Positions 57,406 to 64,000 of a DNA stretch of 64,000 nt are shown one piece after another (position 1 is the stretch's first letter; every line of letters begins with the position of its first letter). Below the pieces are notes generated by a model. The model did no database searches and was not told the origin of the DNA. It saw only the letters and a program-made list of their open reading frames with translations. The DNA lies in the IMG/VR virus record IMGVR_UViG_3300046318_000144, positions 20,770-84,769 of that record. One strand, given 5' to 3'. The stretch comes from a virus. The translations under genes were made by a program, and so were the position numbers.

Positions 57406-59187
57406 TTATTGGGTTGGTTCCGCTAGAGGTGCAGCTGGAGCACCAGATGGTTGGATTGGTTCAGCAGGGGTTGGTTCCGCTAGAGGTGCAGCTGGAGCAG
57501 CACCCTCTGGTGCAGGCTGACCACCTTCAAGGATCTGCTGAATGTCTTCTGGAACTGGAGCACCACTTTCCTGCTGAGCTATATCACGAGTCAGGTTCAT
57601 AACATCTGGAGCGACTGCCTTAAGCATGCTCTCTGTCAGCTCTGGAGTGATCATACCCTTAGAGATAATTAGTCGAAGGGCTAGCTCTACTGGAGTAGGA
57701 GCATCTGCTTCAGAGAAGCCATGAGCCTTACGCCAAGTGTCGTAAGATACCGCCATCTTCTCGAACCCTGAGTCAGCGTCTGCAGCTCGGTCGTTACGGG
57801 TGGCAACCTGCGATGGGTCATACCATATGACTAGACGATCTACGTCAGCCTCTGGGTACCCATTAGCAGTCAGATATGGACGCAGGTATACAACTGTAAG
57901 AGCATCAGCAATCAGAAGCATCAGCGGTTCGATGTGTGCCTTGTAGAGTGACTCGTCAATCTGTAGAGCATTTGAGTACTTAACGTTGGCAAGACCTGTA
58001 ACGATGTCTTTTGGAACATCAAGACCCTGCATGATACGCTCTAGAACTCGGTCTGCACGCTGAGCCAAGGCAGGGTCAAAGCTACGCTCAAACTTAAACT
58101 GCTTAATCTTGTCGCCAAGCTCTGCAGGACCACGAATAATAAGTGGAACTACAGCGCTCGCCGAGTCTTCATCCTTAATAGGAGTAGTCATAGCATCGAT
58201 GAGCTGGTCTTCAAAGTCATCAGCAGCTTCTTCGGTGTTGTAGACCTCGTTGTACTCGCCATTTTCATCGTATGGATAGTCTGGGTCTGGAGACGCTGCT
58301 ACTGAAAGACCGTCAGGCAGGTACAGAGCACCCGCATTGAGGCGAGAACGGGCCGTAGCGCGGAAAGTACGGTTCAATAGCAGTAGTTCCGCACAAAGGT
58401 CCAAGAGGCCGCGTAGCGAGCTGTCAGCCTCTTGCGAATATCGTGGGTGAGCCTTCCAGATTCGACCAACAAACGCCCCCTTAGGGAGTCTGATTGCATC
58501 TGGGTTAGTGTTAGACATCATTGATGAGCCACCGCCACCGACCTCGCGGCGTGGGTTGATGATGTAGTTACCCTTTTGATCAACCTGAAGTTCATCAGTC
58601 GAGCGGATATCCCAAGTCTCTGGAAGTCCTGAACCAATACGTTCTGGAATCTGTACTAGGTAGCACTCGCCAGTAACCTGCAAGTTTAGAGCAGCGTCCT
58701 TAAGAAGACCAGCCTGGCCTCCATAAGCAGAGCTTAGACGTGCAAGTGCACGTTCAGCTGCCTGAGCAAGTCTTTCGTCAATCTTCTCTGATTTACGAAC
58801 TGAGACGGGAGCTTCAGCTGCATTATCAACTACCGCAGAGTAGAGACGAATGCGTGATACAACAGATGCTACTAAGTTGAAGGCGTACTTGACTTCACCA
58901 ATTGAGTCGTAATACTCCCAGGCCTCTGACTGCCAACTTGAAGATGCTGACTGTCTACGATTTTTGAAGATTGCAGCTTCGCCCTTGTCATCAAGTTTGA
59001 TCTGAGCAGCTGCGGCAGTAAGTGGGCGTGGTGTATTGAAGGCCAAGGCTTGTGGGTACGTAATACCAAACGAATCTAGCGAAGGTGGAGTTAGAGATTG
59101 TGCAGAAACAGGAGCGGATGCACGAATACCTGCAGAACCAACTGCTGGTCGTGCTCTGTTATTTTTTTGGCGCTTGAATATGCCCAA
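57406..59187 (-). CDS. Portal protein
   Basis: Downstream of terminase; WQSEAWEYYD.IGE, L.V.GE.YL, R.W..HP.....ADS, SAVVP, GLD.P...V.G motifs of cluster-B-like portals. Confidence 0.88.
   Translation of the reverse strand: MGIFKRQKNNRARPAVGSAGIRASAPVSAQSLTPPSLDSFGITYPQALAFNTPRPLTAAAAQIKLDDKGEAAIFKNRRQSASSSWQSEAWEYYDSIGEVKYAFNLVASVVSRIRLYSAVVDNAAEAPVSVRKSEKIDERLAQAAERALARLSSAYGGQAGLLKDAALNLQVTGECYLVQIPERIGSGLPETWDIRSTDELQVDQKGNYIINPRREVGGGGSSMMSNTNPDAIRLPKGAFVGRIWKAHPRYSQEADSSLRGLLDLCAELLLLNRTFRATARSRLNAGALYLPDGLSVAASPDPDYPYDENGEYNEVYNTEEAADDFEDQLIDAMTTPIKDEDSASAVVPLIIRGPAELGDKIKQFKFERSFDPALAQRADRVLERIMQGLDVPKDIVTGLANVKYSNALQIDESLYKAHIEPLMLLIADALTVVYLRPYLTANGYPEADVDRLVIWYDPSQVATRNDRAADADSGFEKMAVSYDTWRKAHGFSEADAPTPVELALRLIISKGMITPELTESMLKAVAPDVMNLTRDIAQQESGAPVPEDIQQILEGGQPAPEGAAPAAPLAEPTPAEPIQPSGAPAAPLAEPTQ
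57411..57499. repeat. 32-bp perfect direct repeat in the portal 3' end
   Basis: gggttggttccgctagaggtgcagctggagca at 57411-57442 and 57468-57499 (APAAPLAEPT twice). Confidence 0.95.
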
Positions 59188-59196
59188 ACCGAGCTC

Positions 59197-59487
59197 CTAA
59201 TCAATCCTTGAAGATATTATTCCAATAATAGTGGATATTGATAACACTAATGATACCACAAATGTTATGGAAGGTGCTAAAAGATAGCAGCCAAACACTA
59301 CAACTGACACCCAAAGCCCTAAGCACCAGTAGCAAGTGAGTAAATATCCAAATTTTGTACTTGGTGGGAACTTTTTCCAAATCTTTTCTCGAACTGATTC
59401 AAAGATAACGTCTTCAATAACTAGTCGAGTGATTCTAAACGCCGCTAAAGATAGAACAATGAGAGTGAACGGGGAAATATCAACCAT
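59197..59487 (-). CDS. DUF1360-family membrane protein
   Basis: LAAFRITRLV.ED.IF...R, LLTC.WC.G.W. Confidence 0.85.
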   Translation of the reverse strand: MVDISPFTLIVLSLAAFRITRLVIEDVIFESVREKIWKKFPPSTKFGYLLTCYWCLGLWVSVVVFGCYLLAPSITFVVSLVLSISTIIGIISSRID

Positions 59488-59845
59488 TAGTACCCTTAAG
59501 ACCTATAGTTTTGTATGGATTCCAACTTCTGAGCCTAGAACCACACCCGCAAGCACTATCTACTCGGAAGGCAAGCATCTTTCCACTCTCGGTAAGCACC
59601 TTGTGGTCGTCTTTCTTTGATTCTGGACGCAGGTAGGTTGTATATCTCTCTTGGAAGATGATTTGAGGACCATCTGGACTATCTTTGGCAACAATAATCA
59701 TCTCGTCGGTGAGAATAACCCTAGTTGTGCCTACATAAGTTGAACCCTTAGTCCTAGGGTAGGTCGCTATGAGCTCCAAGGACTCTAAAAAGTCAGTTGG
59801 AACGACAACTAAGTGCGCTGGGAACACGTCTTGAAGTATTTTCAT
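59480..59845 (-). CDS. Hypothetical protein (CGCGS motif)
   Basis: Overlaps the terminase stop and the DUF1360 start; operonic. Confidence 0.75.
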   Translation of the reverse strand: MKILQDVFPAHLVVVPTDFLESLELIATYPRTKGSTYVGTTRVILTDEMIIVAKDSPDGPQIIFQERYTTYLRPESKKDDHKVLTESGKMLAFRVDSACGCGSRLRSWNPYKTIGLKGTNG

Positions 59846-61242
59846 CGAATTCTAAACACGCTTCCACCCCTACTTGGGTTAATACCAGGGATTTTTCGGT
59901 CTGCAAAGCTCTTTGCACGGATTTTTCCACCAGAAAAGCCAGGTGGTGGCTTGATAAGTAGTGCTGTAAGGGCGTGAACCAGTGCGTCAACGCGGTCAGG
60001 TGACTTTCCTTCACCTGGCACCCAGGAGATCATCTGAGTCTCTAAATCGGCCAAATAGCCTACGTGGTGGACTCTTCCCTGCTCATAGGCGAGCGTAATT
60101 GGCTCTGCACGCAGTGCTTTTCCCTGTTTTGAGTGAACTTCAAGGACTTTAATGGTTGGATCGATGGTGTTGATGGCATTTCTAACCATTGCACCACCCT
60201 GGTTGATTTCAGCTACAACAGGGCAACCCCATTTACGAGCCATCTTTACAACCTGCTCTGCCCATACAGTAGGTGAGCCAAGAATAGAAGCGTCTTCGAG
60301 TACCCAAGCGTTACGTTTGTAGAGGTCACCCTCTGCGCTGGATGCAACTACAACAATTCCGCACTCGTCACGTGGGTTTTCAGCAACCGAAGGGTCAACT
60401 CCGATAAGTCTTAGTGGAGTGGAGAATGGGTACATGGCTTCACGACCAGCTTCGATGGACTCTTCAGTCCAGAGAGCACCTTCCATGGCTTCAAGCATTT
60501 CACCATAAAGCTCCTGACGAGCTAGAGAGGTTCCCTCGTAAACGCCAAGCATTGTGTCGAGGTATGCACCAGCAAGGTTTCCTGCGTTATCCATGGTAGA
60601 ACCACGAGTGATGGCAACTCGACCTGTACGTTCCTCTTCAATAAGTTTGTAGAGAAGCGGGGTACGCTTCGGGGTAGTAGTAACTAGAATCTTTGGCTGA
60701 GTTCCAAGACGTGTACCAACACGTAAGTTATCGAATGCGGTCATACCTGCAGCATCTGGAGTCTGACGCCATGCGGCAATCTCGTCACCCCAGGCGTGTG
60801 TAAACTGCGGACCACGGAGCGAGTCTGGCTCGTCAGCGGTGAAGAGTGAGGCAACGTTTCCATTGGGCCATGTAAGGCGTCGCTTGGAAGGCTCGTAGAG
60901 TGGACGTTCACTGGGAGGCGTGACGTTAAGGATTCCAGATTCACCTTCAACGATAACGTCACGCACATCACCAGCAGTACGAGCAACGAGTGCGAAACGT
61001 CGTTGCCCTGTGTTTGTATATCTGGCTTGCTCTCTCACCCATTCAGATGCGAGTCTTGTTTTACCAAAACCACGACCTGCAAGTACAAGCCAGACGTTCC
61101 AGTCTCCCTCTGGAGCTTGTTGCTCTGGACGACCCCATACGGACCAATCCCATAGCAGTGCCTCTGGGTCCATCCCTGCTAAGGCTTCAGCCCGCTCTGC
61201 CTCGGAAAGTAGAGCGAGCTGTTCCATAATGCTTTTTGACAT
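59842..61242 (-). CDS. terL: Terminase large subunit
   Basis: AGRGFGKT Walker A, LRGPQF..AWGDE Walker B, TTTP, IGVDP and SPDRVDA nuclease motifs. Confidence 0.95.
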   Translation of the reverse strand: MSKSIMEQLALLSEAERAEALAGMDPEALLWDWSVWGRPEQQAPEGDWNVWLVLAGRGFGKTRLASEWVREQARYTNTGQRRFALVARTAGDVRDVIVEGESGILNVTPPSERPLYEPSKRRLTWPNGNVASLFTADEPDSLRGPQFTHAWGDEIAAWRQTPDAAGMTAFDNLRVGTRLGTQPKILVTTTPKRTPLLYKLIEEERTGRVAITRGSTMDNAGNLAGAYLDTMLGVYEGTSLARQELYGEMLEAMEGALWTEESIEAGREAMYPFSTPLRLIGVDPSVAENPRDECGIVVVASSAEGDLYKRNAWVLEDASILGSPTVWAEQVVKMARKWGCPVVAEINQGGAMVRNAINTIDPTIKVLEVHSKQGKALRAEPITLAYEQGRVHHVGYLADLETQMISWVPGEGKSPDRVDALVHALTALLIKPPPGFSGGKIRAKSFADRKIPGINPSRGGSVFRIR

Positions 61243-61248
61243 GCTACT

Positions 61249-61267
61249 ATTCTAATCTTCTTTTGGA
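61249..61267 (-). promoter_or_regulatory. Putative leaderless promoter for terminase
   Basis: TCCAAAAGAAGATTAGAAT, then 6 nt to the ATG; no Shine-Dalgarno sequence. Confidence 0.5.
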
Positions 61268-61275
61268 AGATATAG

Positions 61276-61527
61276 TTATTCAGACACCGACGGGCAGAAC
61301 TCTGACTGACTACTTACCTGACTTCTGATTTGACCACTCTCGTGGTACTTAGTCTCTTTGATAATCGTGTGCTGCCAAATTCCGTCTAGTCTGGAGTTGA
61401 CAACACTCTCTCCGCAGACAGAGCAAGTTCCAAACCAGAGATGATTATCCTTTCGGTAACCATCTACTGGGTTTAGAACAGTAAAGTTAGAGCCAATTCC
61501 CTGCTCTCGTACTTCCTTGATGGACAT
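61276..61527 (-). CDS. Small Cys/His-containing hypothetical protein
   Basis: CSVC...WQH...FCP; TAATG coupling. Confidence 0.7.
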   Translation of the reverse strand: MSIKEVREQGIGSNFTVLNPVDGYRKDNHLWFGTCSVCGESVVNSRLDGIWQHTIIKETKYHESGQIRSQVSSQSEFCPSVSE

Positions 61528-62111
61528 TACTTAGACGCTCCTGCCGTAGCTGGAGTCTTAGTTGAGATACGGTTCTCGGCAAGAATCGGAGTGTAGACCT
61601 TAGAAGTTGCAGTGATTGGATCCTTGTAGCCGTAGCGAACCAGACGGAAGCGAATAGCACCGTGAGTAATTCCTAGACGCTTAGCAAGACGATAAAGGGT
61701 GACACCCTCTACTCGGTGTGCGTAGTCGAGAAGCTCGGTATATTCCTCTGCCTCTTCACGGTACTTAGAACCGTTAGAGCGAACCTGCTGAGCGTAAGGC
61801 TGAAGCTCTAGTAGACGAGCTAAGGTGTCAGGGCTTGGCTCTACGTAAACAGGCTTTGGCTTTTCTGGCTTGATTGGTGGCTCTGGAACTTCATACTCGA
61901 TCGACAGAGAGGTAACAATACCTGTGTTCTTCGAAAGCTGACGTACTCGTTCACGAGTTAGGTGTGATGCGTTAGCGATTGCTTCGAGAGTCCATCCAGC
62001 TCGGCGGAGTTCGTAGATGTACGAGTCTCTAATCTCCGAGTCAACAATGCCTTCAAAGTTTTCGTAAACGAACTGTGGAAGAGTTTGATTCTTCTTGATG
62101 TAGTTTGTCAT
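61527..62111 (-). CDS. Double HTH DNA-binding protein
   Basis: WTLEAIANASHLTRERVRQL (sigma region-4-like) and VTLYRLAKRLGITHGAIRFRL. Confidence 0.85.
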   Translation of the reverse strand: MTNYIKKNQTLPQFVYENFEGIVDSEIRDSYIYELRRAGWTLEAIANASHLTRERVRQLSKNTGIVTSLSIEYEVPEPPIKPEKPKPVYVEPSPDTLARLLELQPYAQQVRSNGSKYREEAEEYTELLDYAHRVEGVTLYRLAKRLGITHGAIRFRLVRYGYKDPITATSKVYTPILAENRISTKTPATAGASK

Positions 62112-62138
62112 TTTTTTCCTTTATTCATAACTGTACTA

Positions 62139-62166
62139 ATGTTAGTGTCTTTTATTTTTTTGTCAA
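62139..62166 (-). promoter_or_regulatory. SigA-type promoter for the HTH gene
   Basis: TTGACA-16 nt-TAACAT with A-rich upstream sequence. Confidence 0.55.
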
Positions 62167-62185
62167 GGGTTTTTATTTTTATTTT

Positions 62186-62473
62186 TTATTTCGAGTCTTT
62201 TTTAGACTTACCCTCGGCAATGTGAATTGGAACCTCTTGGATGTCAACCTTGATTTGGTCGGTAGTGCTGCTAGTTGTGACAGCTACGTCAACAACATTA
62301 ATTACTCCTTCGAGAAGCCGTGTAATGCTATCGATCTCTTCAGTCGAGGTGTCGACAGGGCACTCGATATGCATCACGCAGTCCATGAAATCGAAAACGC
62401 CGCTATGAGCTAAAGCATCTCTAAACTGCTCCGAGTTATCAACTTTAAGTTTGATTCTGCTATTGGTATTCAT
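62186..62473 (-). CDS. Hypothetical protein
   Basis: 95 aa, GAAAGG RBS. Confidence 0.7.
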   Translation of the reverse strand: MNTNSRIKLKVDNSEQFRDALAHSGVFDFMDCVMHIECPVDTSTEEIDSITRLLEGVINVVDVAVTTSSTTDQIKVDIQEVPIHIAEGKSKKDSK

Positions 62474-62491
62474 TTGGTGGTGTTACCTTTC

Positions 62492-62647
62492 TTAGTTCTT
62501 ATCTTGGTCATCGTAGTCCAGAAATATATCCTGGTCAAGTTCAGAGGTTAGTGGGCTGAACATAGCTGTAAGAGCTACAAAACCAAATAGAAGTATTAGA
62601 AAGAGTAGAACTAGCACTACAGCTACTAAAAGGATGATTGTAAGCAT
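62492..62647 (-). CDS. 51-aa single-TM membrane protein (not in ORF track)
   Basis: MLTIILLVAVVLVLLFLILLFGFVALTAMFSPLTSELDQDIFLDYDDQDKN; GGAAGG RBS. Confidence 0.65.
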   Translation of the reverse strand: MLTIILLVAVVLVLLFLILLFGFVALTAMFSPLTSELDQDIFLDYDDQDKN

Positions 62648-62671
62648 TTTATTTTAAAACCTTCCTTGGAG

Positions 62672-62827
62672 TTAAAAGTTAGAAATTGTAAGCGCCGCTA
62701 TTGATGCAATAAGCGCTAGAGGCTGAGTGATCGGGAAAAAAGAAAGAATAGACGCTGCTACTAAGAGAGTAGACGCTAGTAATGGTTTCCAACGGAGAGA
62801 ACGAAAAAAGAGAAGGATGTTGATCAT
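62672..62827 (-). CDS. 51-aa two-TM membrane protein (not in ORF track)
   Basis: MINILLFFRSLRWKPLLASTLLVAASILSFFPITQPLALIASIAALTISNF; AAGGA RBS. Confidence 0.65.
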   Translation of the reverse strand: MINILLFFRSLRWKPLLASTLLVAASILSFFPITQPLALIASIAALTISNF

Positions 62828-63004
62828 TTATTGGTTGTCCTTTTTGTCATGTGGATATACTACACCAAGAAGTGGTGTATTAGCAAGTTCGTCTTTTTTC
62901 TTGTTTTTAAGATCGTAGACGCGGATAGATTCAATGATGCTTAGAAGAATGGTAGCTACAAATATGGTAACTACTATGGTCGTGTGTACTGTGTCTGAGT
63001 TCAT
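62828..63004 (-). CDS. 58-aa single-TM membrane protein (not in ORF track)
   Basis: MNSDTVHTTIVVTIFVATILLSIIESIRVYDLKNKKKDELANTPLLGVVYPHDKKDNQ; stop abuts the next ATG. Confidence 0.6.
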   Translation of the reverse strand: MNSDTVHTTIVVTIFVATILLSIIESIRVYDLKNKKKDELANTPLLGVVYPHDKKDNQ

Positions 63005-63074
63005 AAAATAAGCATAGCATAAGTGGGCAGTTTAAAGTCAATGCCCAGGACTTGTTTCGTTTGTGTCTTTTTAT

Positions 63075-63710
63075 TTAGTTATCAAGGACGCGAGTAAACA
63101 CTACCTTGCTGTTGTTGTTTTTGGCGTAGCTATACGCGTTATCTATTCGGGTTAGGTGGCCCTTCTTAGGGGCGTGCACCATCTTCCCATTACCGATGTA
63201 GATTCCTACGTGGTAGGCAGACTTTGATCCCTTATACATGAAAGACACAATGTCTCCAGGCTTGGGATGCTTGGTTCTTACTCCAGCATTTGTCTGCTTG
63301 GACGCCCGATGTTCTAATTCCACATTCATCTGAGCGTAGGTCCAGAGAACCAGACCTGAACAATCCCATCCTGAGGGAGTTGTTCCTGAAAACACGTACC
63401 AAGTTTTTCCGACGTGTTTCTTAAGACTCTTCAGAGTCTTAGCTATCTTCGCTGAGTTCTTGTCTCTGATAGCTTGCAAAGCGAGTTTCGCTTCCACAAT
63501 CTTCTGAGCCTCAACGAAGCGGACTGCTGTTTCCAGAAAGTCCTGTTTCTTAGCTACCTTTAACGGAGCACTATGGGAGCCCTCCGAAGTTGTAGCTATG
63601 TTTACTGCTGCCTGTGCTTTAAATACTGGCGTCTGTTGTGTCGGACTGACACATCCAGTTGTAGTAAAAACACATGCTGTTGTTGCGACTATTCCTATTA
63701 GCCATTTCAT
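63075..63710 (-). CDS. Secreted NlpC/P60 (C40) peptidoglycan endopeptidase
   Basis: Signal-peptide-like N-terminus; YVFSG..PSGWDCSGLV, PGDIV.F, HVGIYIGNGKMVHA. Confidence 0.92.
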   Translation of the reverse strand: MKWLIGIVATTACVFTTTGCVSPTQQTPVFKAQAAVNIATTSEGSHSAPLKVAKKQDFLETAVRFVEAQKIVEAKLALQAIRDKNSAKIAKTLKSLKKHVGKTWYVFSGTTPSGWDCSGLVLWTYAQMNVELEHRASKQTNAGVRTKHPKPGDIVSFMYKGSKSAYHVGIYIGNGKMVHAPKKGHLTRIDNAYSYAKNNNSKVVFTRVLDN

Positions 63711-63800
63711 TTAGCGACCTACCTTTCCTGATTTGGGTGAGTTAGTACTCGGTCGTTTATTGTTACGGGGTTTAGTTTCGTTTTTAGTTATAAGGTGCGA

Positions 63801-63838
63801 AAAAGAGTGTATCAACTTTTATTGTCAGATACACTCTC
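63801..63838 (-). terminator. Terminator/attenuator-like hairpin upstream of the NlpC/P60 gene
   Basis: AGAGTGTATC...GATACACTCT stem followed by a T-run on the minus strand. Confidence 0.65.
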
Positions 63839-64000
63839 CACTAAATATATTATCACAATACTGGCGTCCAAGATCTAAAACAAGGGTTTTGGACGATTTT
63901 TTTAAAAATTTGTGGAGCCGAATTTTGTATTTTTAAAAAGAGGGGGGTGGGGTATTTTTAGTCTTTTTTCTAATTGCAGAAGAGGAGGACTATGCTATAT

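Larger units (their letters stand above)
1..64000. mobile_element. Partial genome of a tailed dsDNA actinobacteriophage (siphovirus); no integrase seen
   Basis: Terminase, portal, protease, capsid, tail-tube, tape-measure and Dit/Tal genes in canonical order; phage-type replication genes; WhiB; no host housekeeping genes. Confidence 0.95.

Noticed and set aside
62105-62918. Plus-strand track ORFs 62105..62413 and 62727..62918 (also 63733..63936)
   Set aside because: They oppose better-supported minus-strand genes or regulatory sequence
63711-63860. c-di-AMP (ydaO) riboswitch upstream of NlpC/P60
   Set aside because: Only a CTAAACCCCGTAA fragment resembles the 3' end; the conserved 5' elements are not recognisable, so it is reported as an unassigned leader
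63896-63960. A/T tracts and GGGGGGTGGGG run as a packaging or terminus signal
   Set aside because: Suggestive only; no read-end data or flanking context to support it
1-64000. tRNA/rRNA genes, integrase, alternative genetic code
   Set aside because: No cloverleaf or rRNA-like segments seen in the short intergenic gaps; no recombinase motifs; genes are full length under the standard code

Overview
This 64 kb window is part of a tailed dsDNA phage (siphovirus) that almost certainly infects Actinomycetota: it encodes WhiB, an MSMEG_6728-type glycosylase and DUF1360, has a mycobacteriophage cluster-B-like head module, and uses leaderless promoters. The AT-leaning composition suggests a low-GC freshwater actinobacterial host (inference). 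Reading the minus strand from right to left: NlpC/P60 hydrolase and small membrane proteins; HTH protein; terminase; portal; a ~10 kb insert (Dps, a 274-aa repeat protein, a ~2540-aa UvrD-helicase/zincin polyvalent protein, two small acidic ORFs); a 1656-aa multidomain capsid maturation protease; hexamer and pentamer capsid proteins; tail genes (chaperone with a -1 frameshift, tape measure, Dit, a Tal split by a 1-nt frameshift, tip protein); and a replication/repair block (dCMP deaminase, PolA, RuvC, SNF2, Cas4-like nuclease, AAA, SSB, GT-like protein, UV glycosylase, WhiB, prim-pol/D5). The plus strand carries Thr-rich collagen-like fibre genes, a lectin-like gene, an HTH plus metallophosphoesterase pair and a GT2-TPR glycosyltransferase. 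Best candidate for an undescribed system: a head-cargo/processing system. It comprises a protease polyprotein punctuated by recurrent [LIV][TVI]A[AGSD] motifs, an RDxxG[RKQ][FWY] motif shared between the protease and the giant helicase-metallopeptidase, and a partner protein sharing a repeat with the giant protein. Other leads are a BclA/SgtA-like collagen glycosylation pair, promoter-overlapping hairpins gating leaderless genes, and a structured leader upstream of the NlpC/P60 gene. No integrase, tRNA, rRNA or CRISPR array was seen. All family assignments come from motif recognition by eye, not database searches.
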